A stretch of DNA of 64,000 nucleotides from Octopus sinensis (GCF_006345805.1 NC_043006.1:15686001-15750000), one strand, 5' to 3'; positions 26,571 through 41,264 are shown, counted from the first letter of the stretch. Numbers and translations: made by a program. Notes: a model not told the origin generated them from the sequence alone.

Positions 26571-27047
26571 AAAGGAATGTTGCCGTCGGCGCTATTTGAA
26601 CTCAGAACGTAAAGTCGGAAGAAATGTCGCTAACGATTCTTATTTCTTTATTGCCCACAAGGGGCTAAACATAGAGGGGACAAACAAGGAGATTAAGTCG
26701 ATTACATCGACCCCAGTGCGTAACTAGTACTTATTTAATCGACCCCGAAAGGATGAAAGGCAAAGTCGACCTCGGCGGAATTTGAACTGAGAACGTACCG
26801 GCAGACGAAATACTTATTTCTTTACTACCCACAAGGGGCTAAACACAGAGAGGACAAACAAGGACAGACAAACGGATTAAGTTGATTATATCGACTCCAG
26901 TACGTAACTGGTACTTATTTAATCGACCCCGAAAGGATGAAAGGCAAAGTTGACCTCGGCGGAATTTGAACTCAGAACGTAACGGCAGACGAAATTCTGC
27001 TAAGCATATCGCTCGGCGTGCTAACGTTTCTGCCAGCTCGCCGCCTT
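26571..27047 (-). mobile_element. SINE family B concatemer (one full, one head-truncated, one partial)
   Basis: Three collinear repeats of TACGTTCT(G/C)AGTTCAAAT on the minus strand. Confidence 0.85.
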
Positions 27048-27532
27048 CACGCTCGTAAATATGATAATTGTTTCATAAAAAGCAAAAAAAAAAAAGCAAC
27101 AAGGCTGGATATTGAGAAGGGAATATTTGAAAATATTACCTTTCCCACCCAGTTCTCGACCGCTCCTTTATTTCTGACGATTCTGACAATCCAGCGGCCT
27201 TAATTATTTCATGTTTTGGCACAAGATTGGCTATACTAGGAGTGTATTAGTTACGTTGATCTCAGTACAATACTGGTGCTTTATTTTATCGCCCTTAAAG
27301 TGTGAATTCAGAATGTACTGAGCTGAAAGCAATACTGCAATGCATTTTGCTTGGCAAACTAACGATTCAAACAACTCGCTGCCTTTAATTTTAGTGATTG
27401 CTGCTAATTAAATAAACGCCCGGTAATTTTAACGTGAAGGGTAAGTTGTTTATATAGACCTCAGTACTTGATTTGTACATTATTTTATGGACCTGATGTA
27501 TATTTCAATATATATATTATATATAATATATA

Positions 27533-27564
<32 letters not shown>

Positions 27565-27596
27565 GTATAGCAAGCTACCTACCACACAGCCACTCC

Positions 27597-27770
27597 TGTG
27601 GCTGTGTAGCTCATAGCTTGCTTAGGAACCACATGGTTCCGGGTTTAGTCCCACTGTGTGGCATCTTGGCAAGTGTCATCTACTGTAGCCTCGGGCCGAC
27701 CAAAGCCCTGTGAGTGGATTTGGTAGGCAGAAACGGAAGGAAGCTCGTCGTATATGTACATATAAATATA

Positions 27771-27805
<35 letters not shown>

Positions 27806-28032
27806 CGTGTGTATATGTTTGAGTCTGTTTTTGTCCCCCCAACATCGCTTGACAACTGATGGTTGTGTGTTTAAGTCCCTGTAACATAGCGGTTCAGCAA
27901 AAGATACCGATAGAATAAGTACTAGGCTTACAAAAGAAAAATAAATCAATAAATCCTGGGGTCAATTTGCTCGACAAAAGGCGGTGCTCCAGCATGACCG
28001 CAGTCAAATAACTGAAACATGTAAAAGAGTAA
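27597..28032 (+). mobile_element. SINE family A preceded by a short inverted head (27570-27597)
   Basis: Family A match; GCAAGCTACCTACCACACAGCCACTCC is the reverse complement of the head. Confidence 0.85.
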
Positions 28033-29294
28033 AAAACCTCAAAAACGAGGAAAAGCAAATTTGAACTTTGTAAGATTTGAACTTAGAAATTACACCAGAG
28101 CTACATTGCATAAAGTCACTGTCCCCACACGGTGGCGATTCTTTCAATCCACTGCCCTCAATAATTGCTAATTTAGATTCAAGGGAAACAGTTTTGAAAT
28201 GAGTGGGATCGTAGATTACATTGACCACAGAATGTTTTCACCTCAATAGACGTCATTGATTGGTTGAAATTGCAGAAATAGAGGGGAAAAAAAAACAACA
28301 AATATCTTACAAACTATAGAATTTTTTTCAATAAAGCCAAGAGTAAAAGATGTTTTATAAACACATTCTACCAGTATACGAAGTTTAAAAGTGTTTAGTT
28401 ACGTGGAAATTATTTTAAAAAACTGCGAGGCAAACCGAAAAGATCCCATAAATGATACTCCCTTATTTATCGACCCAGGAAGGGAATGGAAGATAAAGTC
28501 AACCTTAGTGGAATTTGATCTCAGAACGTAATGCACTGAAATCATTACTGCAAGGTATTTTTTTTCCGACAGTCAGACGATCCACCAATATATTACAGGA
28601 AGTTAAAGAGATATTAAAGAAGAAAAAAATAAGTTTAAGAAAAAAAAACTGAACAGCAAAGAAAAGAAAAAAGACACGGAACTGGAATAGAAGGGAAAAA
28701 GAAAAGTCGAAAACTGAAGGCAAAAACAAATAAATACGCCGAAGGAAGGATGCCAAACATATATTATATATAATATAGAGATTCAAATTGTCAGAAGATA
28801 GAAATTTATGGGGAAGAGGCGAATAAGTTAGGGGAAGGTGTTGAGAAACGTAAAATATGTAAACAGCAACAATAAAATCGAGAGAAAGTGTTGTTTATAA
28901 CTGGTTGTTAAAAAATGTCGTCAGGAGATGAAGTGAAACAAACATTTGATACCAACACGTTTTTGAAATATTTCAAGTTATGTCTGGCCTCCTGCGTCCA
29001 ACGTATTGATATGTTCTCACCTTCACTTGTTTTTTAATCGATATCATTTTCCCTTCTTTTACTCTCCTTCTCTCCTTCTCCCTCCTCGTTTTCTTTTTCT
29101 TCTAAATTTTATTCTTTTTTGCTTTCTGTTTTCGTCTTTTTTTTTCTCATTAATCTTTTTTAAAACTCGAGCTTGAACTAGTAAGTATTTGTGTGTATGT
29201 GTGTGGTATATGTATATATAGTATATATATATATATTATATATATATATATATACACACATATATATATAACATATATATATACATATATATAT

Positions 29295-29328
<34 letters not shown>

Positions 29329-29405
29329 ATATATATATGTTATATATACATATATATTATATATAGATATATGTATATGTATATATATATATGTACATAT
29401 ATATG

Positions 29406-29464
<59 letters not shown>

Positions 29465-29586
29465 GTATATATAATATATCTATATGTACATATATATATA
29501 TGTATTTATATATATATTGTATATATATCTATATGTATAATATTATATGTATTTATATATAATTATATGTTATATATATATGTATT

Positions 29587-29676
<90 letters not shown>

Positions 29677-29957
29677 ATATATATATGTATGTATATATAT
29701 ATTATGTATATATATATATATGTACATATATATGTATATATATATATACACTCACTCACACACATACACACACATGTATGTAAACATGTATAAATATATG
29801 TGTGTGTGTGCGCGCGCGTTATATATTTCTTTTGTGTATAGATATATATGCTATATATGCGTACGTTTGTGTGTATTTTTATATATCGCATTTTGCCGGA
29901 TAATAATCATTTTATTTATAAGAAGTTATATCTTCTACGCCGAACGAATACCAGAAT

Positions 29958-30378
29958 CATATTTCTATATTGCCCACAAGGAGCTAAACATAGACGGGAT
30001 AAACAAGGACAGACAAACGAATTAAGTCGATTATATCGACCCCAGTGTGTAACTGGTACTTAATTTATCGACCCCGAAAGGATGAAAGACAAAGTCGACC
30101 TCGGCGAAATTTGAACTCAGAAATACCTATTTCAGACGAAATACCTATTTCTTTACTACCCACAAGGGGCTAAACACAGAGGGGACAAACAAGGACAGGC
30201 AAACAGATTAAGTCGATTACATCGACCCCAGTGCGTAACTGGTACCTTAATTTATCGACCCCGAAAGGATGAAAGTCAAAGTCGACCTCGGTAGAATTTG
30301 AACTCACAACGTAACGGCAGACGAAATACCACTAAGCATTTCGCCCGGCGTGCTAACGTTTCTGCCACCTCGCCGCCT
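29958..30378 (-). mobile_element. SINE family B dimer
   Basis: Two collinear units joined at GAAATAGGTATT. Confidence 0.85.
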
Positions 30379-30704
30379 TTACCGAAATACCAGAATCTGT
30401 AGTGTGGTAAGATGGGAGGCATATGCTTTCTTGTTTTAGTTTCGTCTCTTTACACACAATTTCAAACCTCCCTGTGATTCAAAGGCGTCTTTCATTAATC
30501 CGCATTCGTTAGAACATGTAACATTAATATATTTGATTTGTATATTTCGATAAAGGTCTTACTAAAACATTGGTGTAACTGTTTTCAAGTGGTCACAAAA
30601 TATAGTTACTGAGAACTACGCATATCGTATATATGTATATATGTGTATATATTCATACATATATACTTATGCATATACATGTGTGTGTCCATATATTTAT
30701 CCAT

Positions 30705-30960
30705 GGTGGTTGTCTACTCCTTATGCAGAGTTTGACCACCTCCTGTACCTACACAGTAGAACTATCATAGCATCTGATGTGGCTTTTTAAACTAGACAAT
30801 GTTTTGAAAAGACACCCACATAGATTGCATATCCAAATTAGACCACCAAAAGCTGCAGATAATTCTGATCTTTGTGGATCTTAAAATGTCTTATGAGGCT
30901 CCCGTTAGATTTGCAAACCTTCTGGCATACATTGTATTGAAAAGTGTGCACAGGTATATA
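30705..30960 (-). pseudogene. Two decayed C2H2 zinc fingers, probably a LINE C-terminus plus 3' UTR
   Basis: FQYNVCQKVCKSNGSLIRHFKIH and, after a frameshift, WICNLCGCLFKTLSSLKSHIRCY*. Confidence 0.5.
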
Positions 30961-31302
30961 GGCAGAATAGTTAGTGGTGGTTCGTTTTCCATGGGTTCGC
31001 ATATATACGTATATACATGTTTGGCCAAAATTCACTTGACAGTAAATCAAAACCGTTCAATTCCAAGATTTATTTGTTTAACAACTAAATCAATTTAATA
31101 AAAGCATCTAAATATGAAGCATCATGAAAATTGCTCAAACTAAAGTCCTTCTTGAGCGACTAATTTATCCATTCGAGTCAATACAGAATTACAAATAGCA
31201 TTTATGCTAGTATCATTTACTGTCGGGTGACTTTTGGCCAAACCTGTATACATATAAATGAAAAATGCATCAAATACTAAAACACGTTCACACAAGTACA
31301 GA

Positions 31303-31346
<44 letters not shown>

Positions 31347-31351
<5 letters not shown>

Positions 31352-31642
31352 ATAAAATCCGTTCTGTCTGTGTGTCTTCTAGGATCTTGGGCATCCTCCA
31401 TCCGATTGTGCTCAAATTTGGTATGTAGATACCGGCGGTATCAGGGCGTGTATAAGTCTTGAAAAAGTTACAAAAATCGATTCCAGGTGAGAATGCGATC
31501 GATAAAGCTGTGGGAACGTGCATTTGTACGCGCAAGCACATCAGCTGTTGCGATCGATACCACGCGTACGCGAGAAAAATGCACGTGCAGCTTGCGCAAA
31601 AAAAGCCGGCTGGCTTGAAATAACGCCACAAAATCCAGTATA
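31347..31642 (+). mobile_element. Possible non-autonomous Helitron/Helentron-like element
   Basis: Follows (TA)n with ATAAAATCCG, CTGTCTGTGTGTC and CCGATTGTGCTCAAATTTGG; GC-rich palindromic 3' part ending CCAGT. Pattern resemblance only. Confidence 0.35.
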
Positions 31643-32171
31643 TTTAAGAGACCAAAAAAAGTAGGATCCAAAAGAGATAGTTTCTTCAAACTTGGCATGA
31701 AGGAAGGAAAGACTATTTGGTTTCTCAAGAAGTATTTTTTTGTTTTTTTTGCCTTAACTTCGTTAAACAAAACCAAAAATTTTATTGAAATAAAGGCGTG
31801 CTTAATTATTTTTTAATGAAAAGAAAACACTGATTGCTTTTTATTCAAGGAAGAAAATACTGTTTTCTTACTAATAAATGATGTACTATGTTTGTGTTCT
31901 CCCAGTCCACAGCCTTATCATTACTGGTACTTTAAACTCTTCGGTTGCATATTTGTGTGAATAAAACCGTTTTTCTTTGGAATAAAAAAAATGTCTGTCT
32001 TTATTCCTTCTTGTGCTGGTGTCTCAATTTTAGGTTAAATAAGTGTTTCTCAAATGGGAATTCTATGGGACGGTCGGACAAATTGTCTTGAGAAAATTCG
32101 GTTTAAATGTTTGACAACTCAGCACCGTCCATTGGACGGGGGCGTTTTGCTCGTGTATATGTATATATATA

Positions 32172-32253
<82 letters not shown>

Positions 32254-32861
32254 AGGTGAGTGGACAAATGAAAGAAAGGGACACTGAACACAAATAAAAG
32301 GAGTTACATATGTTATTTTAAAATGTGATTCGGCTCCAAGCAACTTAAAGATACGTAGGCTCGTTACAGGAACTCAGGGAACTTCAAGTTACATGGGGCC
32401 CAATGAAATTGCTTTAAGTAATAATACTTACACACCCAGTGTGTGTATGTGTGTGTGTGTGTGTGTGTACAATAGTATCTCTACGAAATATTTTCTCATT
32501 GCTTGTACTTGGCAAAGCTATCTATAAAATTCATGGTGTGAGATCATGACACATCTCTTTATTATGCCCAAAATAACGATAATGACATTGGCGGTGGCAA
32601 TTATGATGATACTGATGACAATGATTAATACTAATAGTCCTCTCCACAATGGACACAAAGCATAAATATTATAAGAGAGGAAACTAGTCGATTACATCGA
32701 TTCAAGTGTTCAACTCGTATTATTTTATCGAAAACAAAAAAAAAATCATAATGGAAGTCAAAAGTCTCAGAAAAAGTTGAACTCGGAGAATAAAGTATTT
32801 TGTCTGGCTACATGACGTACTAAAGATTCGACCAGCTTATCAACATAATAATACACATTTC

Positions 32862-33070
32862 TATTAAAGGTATAAGCCTGAAATTTTGGGGTTGGGAACC
32901 AGTCGGTTACATTGATTCCGGTGCTTATCTGCTATATACTGTATCGACTCTTTGAAAGGATGAAAGGCAAAGTTGACGTCGGCGCTTTCTGAACACAGAA
33001 CAAAAAGATAGATAAAATGCCCCAAAGCAGTTTGTTCCGGACATGCTAACGATTCTGTTAGCTCTCCGCC
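32862..33070 (-). mobile_element. SINE family B (diverged)
   Basis: Family B head and body on the minus strand. Confidence 0.7.
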
Positions 33071-33255
33071 TTGTCGATTTATAAATGACTATAAGAAAAG
33101 AATTAGAAGTAACAAAAAAATGTAAAAGAAGAAAAAGAAGATGAACGGAAGAAGAAAATGAAGATAAAGAAGAAGAGTAGGGGAGGAGAAGGAAGAGGAG
33201 ACGAGGAAGGAGAAAAAGGAAAGTTAAAATAGGAAGAACTATAAGAAAGGTAGGA

Positions 33256-33328
33256 GAAGAAGAAGAAGAAGAAGAAGAAGAAGAAGAAGAAGAAGAAGAA
33301 GAAGAAGAAGAAGAAGAAGAAGAAGAAG

Positions 33329-33358
<30 letters not shown>
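33256..33358. repeat. (GAA)n microsatellite
   Basis: Pure GAA run. Confidence 0.95.
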
Positions 33359-33359
<1 letters not shown>

Positions 33360-33473
33360 GAAGGAGAATTTCGACTCGGTTACTCCTGATAATGTTTCCA
33401 ATAACGTAACAAAATTAATAGATGCGTGTCTGATGTGTGGGTGAGAGTATGAGAATATATGCATGCGCACGCG

Positions 33474-33505
<32 letters not shown>

Positions 33506-33749
33506 CACATACACGAATATATATATATGTGTGTGTGTGTGTGTGCGCAGCGCATACTAGCACACACATCTAGCATTAAAACTTGAGCAACCAATTTGCT
33601 CTGTGTGTACGAAGCAGAAACTTTTAACTGACATTTATTCTCAATTTCCAATAGAGAAATGTTAACATTATTTTTAAAAAATGTACATCATTCTTGGATC
33701 GAGGCGTAAATACCTCTGCACACAGCACAGAACAGAAAGAACAGCAGAC

Positions 33750-33838
<89 letters not shown>

Positions 33839-33901
33839 CCGGTGGTGGTGGTGGTGGTGGTGGTGGTGGTGTTGGTGTTAGTGGTGGTAGTAGTAGTGCC
33901 G

Positions 33902-33943
<42 letters not shown>

Positions 33944-35239
33944 AAAATAATGTTTGACATGATATTGTCTGAGTTACTACTGCAAAAATTCCTGACACAT
34001 GGAATTGTTAATGTCAATGAATATATATATATATGTATATATATATACTTATACGGACATATGCATGCGTATATACGTAAATATCTATATCAACACGTAT
34101 GTGTATATATGCATATATATGCAGGTATGTATGTATATATATTTGATATATATATATATATATATATGCGTGTGTGTATATATATGTATATATGTATGTA
34201 TGTATATATGTAAGTATGTATGTATGTATGTATGTATGTATGTATGTATGTATGTATGTATGTATGTATGTATGTATGTATGTATGTATGTATGTATGTA
34301 TGTATGTATGTATGTATGTATGTATGTATGCGTGTATGTATGTATATGTATATATCAGTGTGTGTATTATATAGCATATTGCAAAGCAATCCACCCCTTG
34401 GCTACGTGGGTACAGAGTAGAAACTTTCAATTGACATTTAGTCTCACGGTGCAATTTAATTTTCCCTTAATTAAGGGAAATCAAATATCCATTTCATGTA
34501 GAAGAAAAAAAGAAGAAAATAATTATTTCCCGCCAAACAATAAGAAGAGATAAAAAAAAATATTAATTTACCCTGTGCTACGCTACAGTATCATCGTGTG
34601 ATTAGAATGTTAGAATCATTATTTCCTTAATCTGAAATAAAATAAGATAGGAAATAATGTATTGACGAATATCAACGAATCATAAAATAAATTATTGATT
34701 TTAACGAGGTAAAAGTTTACTGAAAATTTTAACTAGTTCTGTTGATACATGTATGTTATTGCATTCATAAATAATTTTCAATGAAGAAATGAATCTAGAA
34801 AGCCAAAAATAAATGAATAAAAATTTAATAAAATTTAATAAAATTTACTCTAATCTGTCATTAAAGTTATTGATTTTGACATTTCAAAATCCAGTTTGTA
34901 TTTTTATAAAACATGGTTCTTTTTTTTTACTTCTCTTTTCAATGCAATAACCTTTTGACAACATTATGTCTTGGGACGTTTTACAGTTTTGTTTTTGTTG
35001 TTTGTTACTGAAAAAATATATATTTAGGAGTATTTGGAGGTTTTTTTTCATCTTTCGTTTTATGACATCAAATATTGATAATTTTGTACGGTAGTGGAGA
35101 TGATGATCGTAAAACTACACTATATGAATGCTTCTTATACTTCATGTTGTCGTTCTTGTTATTCTTCTTTTTTCTCCTCCTCCTCCTACTACTACTGCAA
35201 CTGCTGCTACTGCTGCTGCTGCTGCTGCTACTACTACTA

Positions 35240-35283
<44 letters not shown>

Positions 35284-35347
35284 ATAATAATAATAATAAT
35301 AATAATAATATTAATAACAATAATAATAATGATAATAATAATAATAA

Positions 35348-35790
35348 TATTCTGCTCAATACCACAGATTTGCTTGTCAGTTGTTTGACCTTAACCAGTT
35401 GAGCATGTCCCTTAGTGGCTGACGATATGTGCATCTCTGATCACGATCAGAAGTAGTGGGGGAGCATCATAGCCATGTGTTGAGAGGGATTCTTTGGGGT
35501 TTGAATAGTTCACCTCTGGAAACATGGGTGGTTCGTTCAACATCCTTAAACAACCCTATTCAGGGACCGTTTGAGCGGGATGGGCTACTCAACCTGAAGA
35601 AAATTCTAACTGGGCCCCACCTGCAAGGTCATGTGCTGTTTATCTTGATATGAGATCACCATGTCGCGCACATATGGTTGTGATGCATGTGCCTGGTGTA
35701 CCTTTATCAGACGGTAGTCATGATGGGTATATTGGGCTCGTATATTTTTACCCCAGTGTCACTTTGATGGCATGAACTGCTCTCTCACTC
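35348..35790 (+). mobile_element. TAA-targeted non-coding element (family T), 5'-truncated
   Basis: Matches the 3' ~440 bp of 43914-44470; (TAA)n on both sides. Confidence 0.85.
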
Positions 35791-35825
35791 AATAATAATA
35801 ATAATAATAATAATAACAACAATAT

Positions 35826-36030
35826 TATTAATCCTTTCTACTATAGACACAAGGTCTGATAATTCGGAGGAGGCGTTAGTCAATGATATCGATTCCAGTG
35901 CTCAATTGGCACTTATTTTATCGACCTGAAATGATGAAGCGCAAAGTCGACCCAAGCGGAATTTGAATTAAGAACAAAATGGCGAACGAAATGTCGCTAA
36001 GTATTTTGTCCGGCGTGCTAACGATTCTAC
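35826..36030 (-). mobile_element. SINE family B (diverged)
   Basis: Family B match. Confidence 0.7.
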
Positions 36031-36121
36031 CCTTTTCTCCCACTACCACATCGCTTTCGCTACACCGCTTCAGCGGCACTGAGGTCTCATATTAAACCCC
36101 ATACTCTCTGTTTCTCTTTTT

Positions 36122-36523
36122 CTCTCTTTTACTTGTTTCAGTCATTTGACTGTGGCCATGCTGAAGCACCGCCTTTAGTCGATCAGATCGACTTCAAGAC
36201 TTATTCTTTGTAAGCCTAGAACTTATTATATCGGTCTATTTTGCCGAACCGCTAAGTTACGGGGACGTAAACACACCAACATCGGTTGTCAAGCGATGTT
36301 GGGGGAGCAAACACCAACACACAAGCAAATATAGACACACATACATATATAAATATATATATATACGACGGGCTTCTTTCAGTTTCCGTCTACCAAATCC
36401 ACTCACAAGGCTTTGGTCGGCCCGAGACTATAGTAGAAGACACTTGCCCAAGGTGCCACGTAGTGGGACTGAACCCGGAACTATGTGGTTTGTTAGCAAG
36501 CTACTTACCACACAGCCACTCCT
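36122..36523 (-). mobile_element. SINE family A
   Basis: Full reverse-complement match. Confidence 0.9.
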
Positions 36524-37069
36524 ACGCCCGTAATCTGTCTTTGGTTTTTTTTCCTGGGCGCGTTATATTCACCTCACCACTGGAGATAATTCCGTTCGGC
36601 CATAAAATATTCTCATGTAATATCAGCAAAAAATATTTTTCTACCTATCGTATACTATCATTTAAGAATCAAAAGTAATTCTTCCAAGCTATGACAAACT
36701 ATTAATTTAATAACGTAATAATGATAATGATAGTGGTAAATCTGAATCTGTTTGAGTAAACCTATCTAGTTGCTAGACGAATAACTAACCTTTGCCAGCA
36801 AGTATAAAATGGTTACACATACCATAATGTATAACGTCCAAACCAGCTCAAACATACCGCATTAGCCATGCACGTCTTACCAAGGATCGCGTCCGCCAGC
36901 GAGAAACCAGGATGGGATCGAAAATTTGGTACCTGGAGCAAAGTTTTATAACGTTAGTCTTGAAAGTAATCAGAACCGGGAGAACTCTGATTGTTCAAAT
37001 CAAATGGTTTCAAATTTTGCCACAAGGGCAGCAATTTCGAATGGTGGGAGCTAGTCGATTATGTCGACT

Positions 37070-38206
37070 TTAAGTTACATGTTTATTTATGACGTTTACC
37101 CAACATTTCTCTATGTCATATATTCCATCTTTAAAAAAAAAAATCTTTTGCTGTGATAAACTGTCCGAATGCTTCAATTACATCTTTATTTAAGAATGTT
37201 TTATTGCTTATGAAAAGCTCAAAATGCTTAAATATGTGATGATCAGTAGAAGAGATAACAGGGGAATAGGGAGGATGTTGCAAAATCTCACAATTAGGTT
37301 TTGAAACTGTTGGACTGCAGCTTAGAGAGTGAGGACGTGCATTGTCGTGGAGCAAAATTGGGCCATTTCTATTCACTAGTCCGGGTTGCTTCTTTTTTCA
37401 AATTCTCATGCATACAATCAGTTTTCTAGCAATACTATGTTGCTATTAGCGTTTTTTTCTTGTTGCAAAAATTAATAATGAATAACTTCCTTCGCAGACC
37501 ATTAACTTTTTAACGTGCAATGGTGGGTTTGGGTAGCGTTTAGGTGAATCTCATGCATCTAATCACTGTCCTGTTCTCCTGCTGTTGTCAAAGAGTATCC
37601 ATTTCACATCACAAATAATGATTTGATGCAAAAAACGGTTTTTTTCCAGTCGCGAAAGCAATAAAGAGTACAATTCGAGGTGTCTGTTTTTTGTTTTTTT
37701 TATATCTCGTTCACTTGATGGGGAACAAACTTATCTGTTTTCTTGATCCTTCCAATTTTTTACAGGTGTCCAAAAACAGTTGTGTGAGATGTTTGGCTTT
37801 CTGATGAAATTTCTCGGATTTTGTTCAACCAAAGCATTTAATCCATCATGCTAAATAACTGAGTTTAGCCTACCCCTTGGTTTATTTTCAAGGTTATCAT
37901 CTCCAGAACGAAAGCTTTTGAACCATCTCTGAACAGTTCTGATGTTAACAAAACCATTACTAAAGGCCCGCTTGATATTCCGCAGAGCTTCTTCGGCAAA
38001 GTGACCCAGTTTGTACTCATACGAAAAAATCACTCAACTTAGTTTGGTTGTTATCATTTTCATAAGGTCTGTGGGTATGAATTTTGTATACCAATATTGT
38101 TGGGAAAGAAAAAGAGTGAAAACTAAATACAAGGTATGTATCATTGAGTTTTTAAATGACTGAAATAACAAATAATTAAAAATGCCACAATTCATGTGAA
38201 ACAACC

Positions 38207-38208
<2 letters not shown>
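37070..38208 (-). mobile_element. Decayed mariner (Tc1/mariner) transposon
   Basis: IRTVQRWFKSFRSGDDNLENKPRGR, LLHDNARPH and HPPYSP motifs; TAGGTTG-type terminus near 38208; the other end is uncertain. Confidence 0.8.
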
Positions 38209-38238
<30 letters not shown>

Positions 38239-38271
38239 TAGTAGTAGTAGTAGTAGTAGTAGTAGTAATAA

Positions 38272-38452
38272 ACACTTTCTACTATAGGCTCAATGGCTGA
38301 AATTTGGAGGAGGGCTAGTCACTTAGATCGACCCCAGTACACAACAGGTACTTGATTTATCGACCCCGAAAGGATGAAAGGTAAAGTCGATCTCGGCAGA
38401 ATTTGAACTCAGAACTCAGAAAGCATTTCGCCCTGTGTGCTAACGATTCTGC
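38272..38452 (-). mobile_element. SINE family B
   Basis: Family B match. Confidence 0.75.
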
Positions 38453-38479
38453 TCTAATAATAATAATAATAATAATAAT

Positions 38480-38531
<52 letters not shown>

Positions 38532-38539
38532 GCAACAAC

Positions 38540-38600
<61 letters not shown>

Positions 38601-38601
<1 letters not shown>

Positions 38602-39912
38602 GTACTTGGGGATATTGGAAATGGATAAATTGATGCAGAAAGTAATGACAGAAAAATTTAAGGTGGAGTACTTACGCAAACTGAGAATGGTCCTGAAGTT
38701 GAAATTAAACGGACGGAATATGGTTGAAGCTATCAACACCTGGGCAGTTTGACTCTTTAGATATAGAGTAGGGGTAATCGCATGGACAGTAGATGAACTA
38801 AACAGCTTAGACAGAAAGACAAAGAAGTTGCTGACTAGATATGGGATGCTCCACCCAAAAAGTTACACAGATAAATTGTATGTACCAAGAAAACGAGGGG
38901 TAAAAGGACTGATGGGATACGAACACAATATTAGATAAGAAGAAAACAGCATAGTATGGTATGTAAAAAATGCCACAGAATCGCTATTATTGGAAGTAAG
39001 AAGGTCAGATTTGTGTAGGATGGAAGATTGCAAAGATAAAGCACTGTAGAAGGATTTGAGAAGGAATAAAACTGAAAAGAGGTGGATGAAGAAATGAATG
39101 CATGGACAATTTTATAGGGATCTTGAAAATAAGACAGAGAAAAAAAGGTGGCTATGGATGACTAAAAGTGATTTAAACCGGAAACGGAGGCAAAAGAACA
39201 AACATTAATAACAAATTGCATAACATACGGAGTAGACAACACAGCAGAAAGTGAAAAGGGCAGAATTTGTGGACAACATGGTGAAACCATATGGCATATT
39301 ACCAGGAAATGAACGCCACTAACCCAGAAAGAATATGAGAGACGTCATGACAATATAGCAAGAATTGTCTATTTGACACTTTGCAACAAGTGTAGACTTG
39401 ACAAACCAAAAGAGTGGTATAAACATAAACCTGAAGGCATCATCGAAAATGATAATGCAAAGATTCTATGGGAGTTTATGAGTCAGTGCGACCATGAGAT
39501 TGAGAATAGGAAGCCGGACATAGTCTTAATTGAGAAAAAAAGCAAACATTGTTGGATCATAGACATAGCATGCCCAGCTGACAACAAGTCATGCGATAAG
39601 GAAGAAAGAAAAGTCGAGAGATATGACAGGTTAGCTTGGGAGGTAAAGCAGTTGTGGTCGATGAAAAAGGTAGGAGTAGTATCAATAATTGTCGGAGCCC
39701 TGGGAGCAGTGAGCAAAAATCTCGAGAAGTACGTGGAACAAACAGGAGCTGCAATAAAGGTGGAGCACTTGCAGAAAACAGCACTGCTTGGAACCGCTCG
39801 AATACTTCGGAAAGTGCTCGAAAAATAAGGGGTGTTAGCACCTTAGTTCACAGGTAGTGAACAGCTGACACTGTAGTACATCTCCAGCTTTATATGCTGT
39901 GCAAAGGCAACG
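38601..39912 (+). mobile_element. 5'-truncated R4/Dong-like LINE, lineage F2
   Basis: KYLG, AINTWAV and LHPKS..LYVPRKRG; REL endonuclease ENRKPDIVLIEK..IIDIACP..K.ERY; between TAA arrays. Confidence 0.85.
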
Positions 39913-39938
39913 ATGATGATGATGATGATGATGATGAT

Positions 39939-40002
<64 letters not shown>

Positions 40003-40010
40003 GTAATAAT

Positions 40011-40287
40011 GTCAGACATCTTCTTAATTGAGAAGAAACCAAACTGTGTTGGATCATAGATATAGCATGCCCAGCTGACAACAAGGTATGCGATAAGGAA
40101 GGAAGAAAAGTCGATAGGTATGACTGGTTAGCTTGCGAGGTTAAGTAGTTATGGTCGATGAAAAAGGCGTCGGGGCCATTGGAACAGTGAGTAAAAATCT
40201 CGAGATCTATATGGAACAAATAGGGGCTGCAATAAGGGTGGAACACTTGCAGAAAACAGCACTGCTTGGAACCGCTCGAATACTCCA
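40011..40287 (+). mobile_element. Second F2 REL-domain fragment
   Basis: Similar to 39515-39810. Confidence 0.8.
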
Positions 40288-40293
40288 ATGATG

Positions 40294-40328
<35 letters not shown>

Positions 40329-40344
40329 TAATAATAATAATAAT

Positions 40345-40408
<64 letters not shown>

Positions 40409-40411
<3 letters not shown>

Positions 40412-40931
40412 GCTTTGATTCTTAACTGATTGGAAGTGTTTATCATGTACATTGTTTTTGTCTTGGTATAAACGATGGGCTACAGGCAAATATTCTGCTC
40501 AATACCACAAGATTGCTTGTCAGTTGTTTGACCTTAACCAGTTGAGCATGTCCCTTAGTGGCTGACGATATGTGCATCTTGATCACGAGCAAAAAAGAGT
40601 GGGGAGCATCATAGCCACGTGTTGAGAGGGATCTTTGGGGTTTGATAATTCACCCTCTGGAGACATGGGTGTTTCGTTCAAAATCCTTAAACAACCCTTA
40701 TTCAGGGACCTTTCGAGTGGGATGGGTTACTCGACCTGAAGAAAATTCTAACTGGGCCCCACCTGAGGGTCATGTGCTGTTTATTTTGATATGAGATCAC
40801 CATGTCGCGCCACATATCGTTGTGATGCTGTGCCTGGTGTACCTTTATCAGACGGGTAGTCATGATGGCTATACTGGGCTTCGTATATTTTACCCCAGTG
40901 TCACTTTGATGGCATGCACTGCTCTCTCATC
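40409..40931 (+). mobile_element. Family T element, slightly 5'-truncated
   Basis: Matches 43914-44470; TAA-flanked. Confidence 0.85.
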
Positions 40932-41045
40932 AATAATACTAATAATATAATAATAATATAATAATAATAATAAAATAATAATAAAATAATAATAATGATA
41001 ATAATAAGAATAATAATATAAAATAATAATAATAATAATAAAAAA

Positions 41046-41076
<31 letters not shown>

Positions 41077-41077
41077 T

Positions 41078-41108
<31 letters not shown>

Positions 41109-41181
41109 TAATAATAATAATACTAATAGTAAATAATAATAATAATAAAATAATAATAATAATAATATATAATAATGATAA

Positions 41182-41212
<31 letters not shown>

Positions 41213-41264
41213 ACTAATAGTAAAATAATAATAATGAAATAATAATATATAAAATAATAATAAA

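Noticed and set aside
26640-27000. CRISPR-like regularly spaced repeats
   Set aside because: These are SINE concatemers in a eukaryotic context, with no unique spacers.
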